From IMG/VR virus record IMGVR_UViG_2534681705_000011: a stretch of 4,609 bases of DNA; one strand, written 5' to 3'. The number at the start of each line of letters is the position of its first letter. Within the stretch, counting starts at the first letter, position 1. Source of the DNA: a virus. Taxonomy: Duplodnaviria > Heunggongvirae > Uroviricota > Caudoviricetes. Shown here one piece after another: positions 1 to 4,609 of this stretch. The translations under genes were made by a program, and so were the position numbers. Below the pieces are notes generated by a model. The model searched no databases. It was not told the origin of the DNA and worked only from the letters and a program-made list of their open reading frames with translations.

Positions 1-43
1 GACGGAGGTCGCTGTCTTCACAGCTTACGAACCTGAGGAGTAA
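1..43 (+). CDS. hokD: Hok/Gef-family type I toxin, 3' end only (HokD/RelF-like); gene starts upstream of the window
   Basis: Positions 2-43 translate to TEVAVFTAYEPEE followed by TAA at 41-43. This matches the C-terminus of HokD/RelF as I recall it (memory, not a database hit). A structured 3' region and intrinsic terminator follow. Confidence 0.6.
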   Translation, partial: TEVAVFTAYEPEE

Positions 44-50
44 GAGACCA

Positions 51-72
51 GGCGAGGGAGAAATCCCTCGCC
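51..72 (+). other. RNA stem-loop in the 3' region of the hok-like gene (9-bp perfect stem, GAAA tetraloop)
   Basis: GGCGAGGGA (51-59) pairs perfectly with TCCCTCGCC (64-72) around a GAAA loop (60-63). No U-tract follows, so it is a structural element rather than a terminator. Confidence 0.45.
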
Positions 73-111
73 ACCTCTGATGTGTCAGGCATCCTCAACG
101 CACCCGCACTT

Positions 112-138
112 AACCCGCTTCGGCGGGTTTTGTTTTTT
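112..138 (+). terminator. Rho-independent terminator ending the upstream hok-containing transcript
   Basis: Stem AACCCGC (112-118), loop TTCG, stem GCGGGTT (123-129), then the T-rich run TTTGTTTTTT through about 138. Confidence 0.7.
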
Positions 139-210
139 CTGAGCATCCTGGTTTACAATCCACATGCCAGCCTGAACAACTGGCACCTGCTGCGCCAGCA
201 GAGAAAACAG

Positions 211-483
211 ATGGCGCACAAGACCAAATTACACAATTCTGATACCGTTCGTGCCAGCAGGCACGGGCGGTGTTCGCACGCATTCAAATATGACTGGTAT
301 CAGCACGACCCCTGCACTGAAGAACAGGCCGAATGGCTGATTCATAACTACCGCAGACGTGGGTATGAGTTTAGGAAAGCCCTCAGCCTCGATTATCGTC
401 ACTGGATAATCTACGTCAGACTCCCTTATTCCGAACGCCCACCGCGTCCGTCCCGCACATTCCAGCAACGCATCTGGAGGTAA
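211..483 (+). CDS. Small hypothetical nin-region protein (Rem-like by position between hokD and the DUF968 gene)
   Basis: ATG at 211 to TAA at 481-483, 90 aa. The stop sits 1 nt before the GTG start of the next gene, suggesting translational coupling. The ORF track's longer version (GTG at 82) would read through the terminator at 112-138, so I prefer the ATG at 211. I do not recognise the protein sequence itself. Confidence 0.5.
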   Translation: MAHKTKLHNSDTVRASRHGRCSHAFKYDWYQHDPCTEEQAEWLIHNYRRRGYEFRKALSLDYRHWIIYVRLPYSERPPRPSRTFQQRIWR

Positions 484-484
484 C

Positions 485-1534
485 GTGCGGGTATTACTTC
501 GACCTGTTCTGGTGCCGGAACTTGGGGTGGTTATCGTTAAGCCTGGTCGTGAATCCATGCAGGTATTCCATAACGGCAGAGTGCTGGTTGAACCGGAGCC
601 AAAAAGCATGCGCGGTCTGCCGTCCGGGGTCGTTCCTGCCGTTCGCCAGCCGCTGGCGGAAGACAAATCTCTGCTGCCATTTTTCAGCGATGAGCGGGTG
701 ATTCGTGCTGCCGGCGGCGCTGGTGCACTGTCTGACTGGCTCCTGCGTCATGTTAAATCCTGCCAGTGGCCTCATGGTGACTACCATCACAGTGAAACCG
801 TCATACATCGTTACGGTACCGGCGCGATGGTGCTGTGCTGGCACTGCGACAACCAGCTGCGTGACCAGACATCCGAATCACTCGGGCAACTTGCTCATCA
901 AAACCTGTCAGCATGGATGATTGACGTCATACGCCATGCAGTGAATGGCACGCAGGAGCGGGAATTATCGCTGGCTGAATTATCCTGGTGGGCGGTCCGC
1001 AATCAGGTGGCGGACGCGCTTCCGGAGGCAGTATTACGTCGTTCTCTGGGGTTACGTGCGGAAAAAATCCGCTCTGTGTACCGTGAAAGCGACATCATAC
1101 CGGGAGAGCAGACAGCCACCAGCATACTGAAGCAGCGCACAAAAAATATTGTGCTACCGCCTCACGCCCACCAGCAACAGAACCCACCACAGGAAAAGAC
1201 GGTGGTCAGCATTGCCGTAGATCCGGAGTCTCCGGAATCTTTCATGAAACGACCTAAACGTCGCCGTTGGATAAATGAGAAATACACACGCTGGGTAAAG
1301 ACACAGCCGTGTGCATGTTGTGGTAAGCCAGCCGACGATCCCCATCACCTGATTGGTCACGGTCAGGGAGGGATAGGAACAAAAGCCCACGATATTTTCA
1401 CGCTACCGCTGTGTCGGGAGCATCACAACGAGCTTCATGCGGATCCGCTGGCGTTTGAAGAAAAATATGGTTCCCAGATTGATTTAATTTTTCGTTTTCT
1501 TGATCACGCCTTTGCAACCGGCGTGCTCGGGTAA
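485..1534 (+). CDS. ydfU: DUF968-family protein (YdfU-like) with C-terminal HNH-like Cys/His motif; putative structure-specific nuclease in the NinG position
   Basis: 349-aa ORF with GTG start at 485 preceded by GGAGG (475-479). The C-terminus carries CACCGK...DDPHHL...CREHHNELH, a CxxC...HH...C-x2-HH-N-x2-H pattern. Its length and position directly upstream of rusA/Q match YdfU of the Qin prophage as I recall it. Confidence 0.8.
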   Translation: MRVLLRPVLVPELGVVIVKPGRESMQVFHNGRVLVEPEPKSMRGLPSGVVPAVRQPLAEDKSLLPFFSDERVIRAAGGAGALSDWLLRHVKSCQWPHGDYHHSETVIHRYGTGAMVLCWHCDNQLRDQTSESLGQLAHQNLSAWMIDVIRHAVNGTQERELSLAELSWWAVRNQVADALPEAVLRRSLGLRAEKIRSVYRESDIIPGEQTATSILKQRTKNIVLPPHAHQQQNPPQEKTVVSIAVDPESPESFMKRPKRRRWINEKYTRWVKTQPCACCGKPADDPHHLIGHGQGGIGTKAHDIFTLPLCREHHNELHADPLAFEEKYGSQIDLIFRFLDHAFATGVLG

Positions 1535-1546
1535 AAGAGGTTACTG

Positions 1547-1918
1547 ATGCGTATAGAGTTTGTTTTGCCTTACCCGCCGACGGTGAACACCTACTGGCGA
1601 CGCCGTGGCAGCACATATTTTATCTCAGAGGAGGGAAAGCGTTATCGCCGGGATGTGGCGCTCATTGTTCGCCAGCAGCGACTGAAATTAAATCTGTCCG
1701 GAAGGCTGGCGATCAGGATTATTGTGGAGCCACCGGATAAGCGCCGTCGTGACCTGGACAATATCCTGAAAGCGCCACTGGATGCACTGACACATGCGGG
1801 ACTGCTTATCGACGACGAGCAGTTTGATGAAATTAATATTGTGCGCAGTCAGCTTGTACCTGGTGGTCGGCTGGGCGTGAAGATTTACGAAATTACAGGT
1901 GGTAACGATGGCACGTGA
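1547..1918 (+). CDS. rusA: Crossover junction endodeoxyribonuclease RusA (Holliday junction resolvase)
   Basis: 123 aa with ATG at 1547 preceded by AAGAGG (1535-1540). The RRRDLDN and LIDDEQ motifs (catalytic acidic residues) and GGRL are clearly RusA-like. It lies in the canonical position upstream of Q. Confidence 0.93.
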   Translation: MRIEFVLPYPPTVNTYWRRRGSTYFISEEGKRYRRDVALIVRQQRLKLNLSGRLAIRIIVEPPDKRRRDLDNILKAPLDALTHAGLLIDDEQFDEINIVRSQLVPGGRLGVKIYEITGGNDGT

Positions 1919-2273
1919 TATTCAGATGGTTCTTGAGCGTTGGGGAGCGTGGGTGGCAAATAATCATGAGGATGTCACATGGCCATCGATTGCTGCTGGC
2001 TTTAAAGGATTAATACCGTCGAAAGTTAAATCGCGTCCGCAATGTTCCGACGATGACGCAATGATCATTTGTGGCTGTATGGCCCGGTTGAATAAGAACA
2101 ACAAAGAATTACACGATTTGCTGGTAGATTATTACGTGGCGGGCATGACGTTTATGGCGCTAGCACGAAAGCATGGTCGTTCGGATTGCTGGGTTGGCCG
2201 TTTGTTGCAAAAGGCTGAAGGGATAGTTGACGGCATGTTGATGATGCTTGATATCAAGCTGGACATGGACTGA
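1908..2273 (+). CDS. quuD: Late-gene antitermination protein Q (short QuuD / phage-82-like family)
   Basis: ATG at 1908 preceded by AGGTGG (1897-1902), overlapping the rusA stop (TGA 1916-1918). The 121-aa product matches the short Q family by length and position, and the sequence ([23 protein letters not shown]..., [16 protein letters not shown]) agrees with QuuD as I recall it. The ORF track's GTG at 1899 is an alternative start. Confidence 0.85.
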   Translation: MARDIQMVLERWGAWVANNHEDVTWPSIAAGFKGLIPSKVKSRPQCSDDDAMIICGCMARLNKNNKELHDLLVDYYVAGMTFMALARKHGRSDCWVGRLLQKAEGIVDGMLMMLDIKLDMD

Positions 2274-2290
2274 TAAAACTTAACTCACAT

Positions 2291-2312
2291 ACCCTCTCCA
2301 TGCGGAGAGGGT
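2291..2312. terminator. Inverted repeat between convergent genes (Q on + and lipoprotein on -); likely bidirectional terminator or 3' stabilising hairpin
   Basis: ACCCTCTCC (2291-2299) pairs perfectly with GGAGAGGGT (2304-2312) around an ATGC loop. T-runs on either strand are displaced by about 10 nt from the stem, so the terminator call is tentative. Confidence 0.45.
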
Positions 2313-2317
2313 ATGAA

Positions 2318-2797
2318 TTAAATGTTTTTATAATAACTCGCTTTTTCGTTAAAATTATTTTTGTTTTCTCTGGATGGAGAACTTACGTAGTTTTCCCATG
2401 CGCTATACGTTTTGATTAATGCTTCTCGCTCTGTAGGTGATTTTGTGTTTGCCTTGAGTTTTTCAAATGGTTCTTTTGCTGCATTTAAAACGATCATCAT
2501 TTGCTCGATGTCGCAGTCAGCGATTGCTTTTGATATATCGGGATCCCAGCCAACTCTCACTAACATATCTTGCTTGCTGGAAGTAATAAATTGTGTAGTG
2601 TTGATTATCATTTCTCCCTTATATAGAAGCTTTAAAAAATTATTTTTGTTAACTTGCTGGGGCGTGTTGTCCAAGGTGATATTTTCGCATTTCTTTAAAT
2701 ACGCATAATGATCACTATTTCTGTTTTCTGCGGAAGATTGAGCCGTACACCCTGTAATGATCAATGTACTTAATAATGTCAATGCTATTTTTTTCAT
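2318..2797 (-). CDS. Lipoprotein of unknown function, encoded by an AT-rich insertion (moron)
   Basis: 159 aa. The N-terminus MKKIALTLLSTLIITGC is a signal peptide with a lipobox (ITGC), and the residue after Cys is Thr, not Asp. The gene and its upstream region are visibly AT-rich (2341-2400 is about one-third G+C by hand count) against GC-richer flanks. It converges on Q. Confidence 0.8.
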   Translation of the reverse strand: MKKIALTLLSTLIITGCTAQSSAENRNSDHYAYLKKCENITLDNTPQQVNKNNFLKLLYKGEMIINTTQFITSSKQDMLVRVGWDPDISKAIADCDIEQMMIVLNAAKEPFEKLKANTKSPTEREALIKTYSAWENYVSSPSRENKNNFNEKASYYKNI

Positions 2798-2873
2798 ATG
2801 GGCCTGCTTGTGAATTATCGTACAAGAAAAGTTCGACTAAATTTTATCGTAAAAAGACATCGCCGAACAGATG

Positions 2874-2901
2874 TTTACAATCGTAAAAAATCAAATATGC
2901 T
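2874..2901 (+). promoter_or_regulatory. Candidate sigma-70 promoter, possible late (PR'-like) promoter relocated downstream of the insertion
   Basis: TTTACA (2874-2879), 16-nt spacer, TATGCT (2896-2901). The hairpin plus T-run at 2933-2955 lies about 30-50 nt downstream of the predicted start, the promoter-then-terminator arrangement used by Q antiterminators. By eye only. Confidence 0.3.
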
Positions 2902-2932
2902 GTTAAGAGTGGTTACTTCGCCACACAGCTTA

Positions 2933-2955
2933 AACCCGCCGCCAGGCGGTTTTTT
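2933..2955 (+). terminator. Intrinsic terminator-like hairpin with T6 run (candidate tR'-like terminator)
   Basis: CCGCC (2936-2940) pairs with GGCGG (2945-2949) around a GCCA loop; flanking A:T pairs are possible; TTTTTT follows at 2950-2955. No + strand gene ends just upstream. Confidence 0.5.
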
Positions 2956-3078
2956 GTGTCCGAAAAACGGCGCAGTACGTTAAACGTGCTGGTGGTTGCG
3001 AATACCGGTCTTTCAGCTTGCTGGCTTTTTCGACAAGAGTTATTGGTATGTCACGTTAACCAGAAAAGGGAAAAAGAC

Positions 3079-3273
3079 ATGCTAAAACAGCAGGATATGA
3101 CCGAAACTGCCAGAGTGGTATTTAATGAATTAAGCGTCACCGAACCGGCGACCGTCGGGGAGATTGCGCAGAATACTTACCTTTCACGCGAACGCTGCCA
3201 GTTAATACTGACCCAGCTTGTTATGGCGGGTCTGGCAGATTATCAGTTCGGTTGTTACAGACGTCTTCCGTAG
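3079..3273 (+). CDS. Small winged-helix DNA-binding protein (PapI/FaeA-like)
   Basis: 64 aa from ATG at 3079, preceded by AAGGG (3066-3070). The segment VVFNELSVTEPATVGEIAQNTYLSRERCQLILTQLVMAGLA follows the PapI/FaeA winged-helix pattern (T-x-E-I-A ... S-x-x-x-x-R ... L-x-x-x-G). The longer ORF-track version (GTG at 2956) has an implausible N-terminal extension crossing the terminator. Confidence 0.6.
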   Translation: MLKQQDMTETARVVFNELSVTEPATVGEIAQNTYLSRERCQLILTQLVMAGLADYQFGCYRRLP

Positions 3274-3426
3274 TGAAGGCTTTTTAATTTGTGGTAATGG
3301 GCGGCTGGTGGGTGTTAGCGGCACCTGCCAGCCATCTGCTCATGCGTTGTGGTCACAAGCAAACCTCAGGCCCATCTGCTTTGCGCAAAAGCGGTATGAG
3401 CCTATCAGAGAAGTGCTTATTGATCT

Positions 3427-4038
3427 ATGGCTAATACTGTAAAAATATCCAGTTGTGAGTTAATCAACGCTGATTGCCTGGAATTTATCCAGACCTTACC
3501 GGAAAATTCTGTCGATCTGATAGTCACAGACCCGCCATACTTTAAAGTGAAGCCCGAGGGCTGGGATAACCAGTGGAAGGGCGACGATGATTACCTGAAA
3601 TGGCTGGACCGGTGTCTGGCGCAGTTCTGGCGGGTACTGAAGCCCGCAGGAAGTCTTTACCTGTTCTGTGGTCATCGCCTGGCATCTGATATCGAAATCA
3701 TGATGCGTGAACGCTTTAATGTGCTGAACCACATTATCTGGGCGAAGCCGTCCGGACGCTGGAACGGATGCAATAAGGAAAGCCTGCGGGCGTATTTCCC
3801 GGCAACAGAACGCATTCTGTTTGCAGAACATTATCAGGGGCCATACCAGCCCAAAAATGACGGCTATGCGGCAAAGGGGTGCGAGCTAAAACAGCACGTC
3901 ATGGCCCCGCTGATTTCTTACTTTCGTGATGCGCGTGAATCACTGGGAATAACGTCAAAACAGATAGCGGAAGCCACCGGAAAGAAAAACATGGCTTCTG
4001 GTTTGGACCAGTCAGTGGCAATTACCGAACGAGGGTGA
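3427..4038 (+). CDS. N6-adenine DNA methyltransferase (beta class), N-terminal part carrying motif IV DPPY; reading frame interrupted
   Basis: DPPY at residues 35-38 (nt 3529-3540) within DLIVTDPPYF, followed by an HTH-like segment LGITSKQIAEATG. The frame ends at TGA 4036-4038 while the rest of the enzyme continues in the +1 frame. Confidence 0.8.
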   Translation: MANTVKISSCELINADCLEFIQTLPENSVDLIVTDPPYFKVKPEGWDNQWKGDDDYLKWLDRCLAQFWRVLKPAGSLYLFCGHRLASDIEIMMRERFNVLNHIIWAKPSGRWNGCNKESLRAYFPATERILFAEHYQGPYQPKNDGYAAKGCELKQHVMAPLISYFRDARESLGITSKQIAEATGKKNMASGLDQSVAITERG

Positions 4039-4048
4039 TTACAACAAA

Positions 4049-4471
4049 TTGCAGGCGTTGTTTGCGCGTGTTGCGGCAGAAAAGCATCAGCGAGGGGAAC
4101 TGGAAAAGCCACACCACCAGCTGGTCAGCACATACAGTGAACTGAACCGGCAATATGCCAGCCTGCTGGAAGAGTACAAATCCCTGCGGCGTTATTTTTC
4201 CGTATCGGCTGCCGTTCCGTATACGGATGTCTGGACGCATAAATCCGTGCAGTTTTATCCGGGCAAACATCCCTGTGAAAAACCGGCAGATATGTTGCGG
4301 CAGATAATTGAGGCCAGCAGTCACCCTGGTGATTTGGTTGCGGATTTTTTTATGGGTTCAGGTTCAACGGTAAAAGCGGCGATGGCACTGGGGCGTTGTG
4401 CGATTGGTGTTGAGCTGGAGACCGGACGTTTTGAACAGACAGTCAGGGAAGTTCAGGATTTAATCGTTTGA
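4049..4471 (+). CDS. N6-adenine DNA methyltransferase, C-terminal part (AdoMet-binding motif I); continuation of the preceding ORF in the +1 frame
   Basis: Contains HPCEKP and DFFMGSGST (FxGxG-type motif I), as in beta-class MTases such as YhdJ (recalled). This frame is open from 3968 (after TAG 3965-3967). The ORF-track start at 4049 is TTG; the first in-frame ATG is far downstream. Confidence 0.75.
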   Translation: MQALFARVAAEKHQRGELEKPHHQLVSTYSELNRQYASLLEEYKSLRRYFSVSAAVPYTDVWTHKSVQFYPGKHPCEKPADMLRQIIEASSHPGDLVADFFMGSGSTVKAAMALGRCAIGVELETGRFEQTVREVQDLIV

Positions 4472-4482
4472 AACGGATGAGA

Positions 4483-4511
4483 TTGCAGAATTAATTACGC
4501 ACCATTATTAT
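4483..4511 (+). promoter_or_regulatory. Candidate sigma-70 promoter for the tRNA gene
   Basis: TTGCAG (4483-4488), 17-nt spacer, TATTAT (4506-4511), then the GC-rich discriminator CTGCTCCC immediately before the tRNA 5' end at 4521, typical of stable-RNA promoters. Confidence 0.4.
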
Positions 4512-4520
4512 TCTGCTCCC

Positions 4521-4596
4521 GGCCCTTTAGCTCAGTGGTGAGAGCGAGCGACTCATAATCGCCAGGTCGCTGGTTCAAATCCAGCAAGGGCCACCA
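4521..4596 (+). tRNA. ileZ: tRNA-Ile2 (anticodon CAU, lysidine-modified type; ileX/ileZ-like), CCA encoded
   Basis: Cloverleaf built by hand: acceptor GGCCCTT/AAGGGCC, D-arm GCTC...GAGC, anticodon loop CTCATAA (CAT at 4554-4556), T-arm GCTGG-TTCAAAT-CCAGC, discriminator A then CCA. Very close to E. coli ileX as recalled. tRNAscan would probably report it as Met/Ile(CAT). Confidence 0.88.
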
Positions 4597-4609
4597 TCAC
4601 ATACCGCCA

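Noticed and set aside
82-210. N-terminal extension of the first ORF from GTG at 82 (133-aa version in the ORF track)
   Set aside because: The extension is translated straight through the terminator hairpin and T-run at 112-138 and lacks a convincing ribosome-binding site. The ATG at 211 is the more plausible start.
229-844. Minus-strand ORFs 229..666 and 494..844
   Set aside because: They are antisense to the coupled rem-like and DUF968 genes, have Pro/Arg/Gly-rich low-complexity translations typical of GC-rich antisense frames, and show no start signals.
705-1616. Internal or antisense ORFs 705..920 (+), 945..1130 (+), 1154..1390 (-), 1398..1616 (-)
   Set aside because: They lie in alternative frames within the DUF968 gene or across the ydfU/rusA junction. 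The in-frame DUF968 and RusA products have recognisable motifs; these do not.
2200-2290. A late promoter placed inside or immediately after the 3' end of Q (TTGACG near 2227-2232 with a weak -10)
   Set aside because: The -10 match is poor and the convergent lipoprotein gene begins 45 bp after Q. The candidate at 2874-2901 with its promoter-proximal terminator fits better.
2412-2708. Plus-strand ORF 2412..2708 antisense within the lipoprotein gene
   Set aside because: A stop-poor antisense frame in AT-rich DNA. The minus-strand product has a textbook signal peptide and lipobox; this one has no features.
2798-3078. ORF 2798..2983 and the GTG-initiated extension (2956..3078) of the winged-helix ORF
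   Set aside because: They overlap the candidate promoter and terminator, lack a ribosome-binding site, and the extension's translation is not protein-like. The ATG at 3079 with an upstream AAGGG is preferred.
3218-3442. ORF 3218..3442 (+) across the wHTH-MTase intergenic region
   Set aside because: It overlaps the 3' end of the wHTH gene and the MTase start in another frame, and covers the repeat and palindrome region that is more plausibly regulatory.
3496-4324. Minus-strand ORFs 3496..3831, 3918..4112 and 4022..4324
   Set aside because: All are antisense to the methyltransferase, whose plus-strand frames carry the DPPY and FxGxG catalytic motifs.
4521-4596. Reading the CAT-anticodon tRNA as elongator tRNA-Met
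   Set aside because: The sequence is very close to E. coli ileX/ileZ as I recall it, and prophage late regions typically carry ileZ. Residual uncertainty is reflected in the confidence.
1-4609. CRISPR arrays, IS elements or inverted-repeat transposon ends, and Shiga-toxin genes
   Set aside because: No repeat-spacer periodicity, transposase ORF or terminal inverted repeats were seen. Toxin genes would lie downstream of the tRNA, outside the window.

Overview
This window reads as the early-to-late junction of a mosaic lambdoid prophage of an enterobacterial (E. coli/Shigella-like) host, all identified from sequence and memory without database searches. On the + strand, in order: the last 13 codons of a Hok-family toxin gene (hokD/relF-like) with a structured 3' region and intrinsic terminator; a small nin-region ORF; a DUF968/YdfU-like protein with an HNH-like Cys/His motif; the Holliday-junction resolvase RusA; and a short Q antiterminator (QuuD/phage-82-like). 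Immediately after Q, a visibly AT-rich insertion carries a convergent, minus-strand lipoprotein gene of unknown function. Downstream of the insertion lie a candidate promoter plus terminator pair, a small winged-helix protein (PapI/FaeA-like), a beta-class N6-adenine DNA methyltransferase split by a +1 frameshift, and a tRNA-Ile(CAU) gene with a stable-RNA-type promoter. The most interesting candidates are the uncharacterised lipoprotein insertion and the winged-helix/methyltransferase pair. No CRISPR array, IS element or toxin gene is visible in the window.
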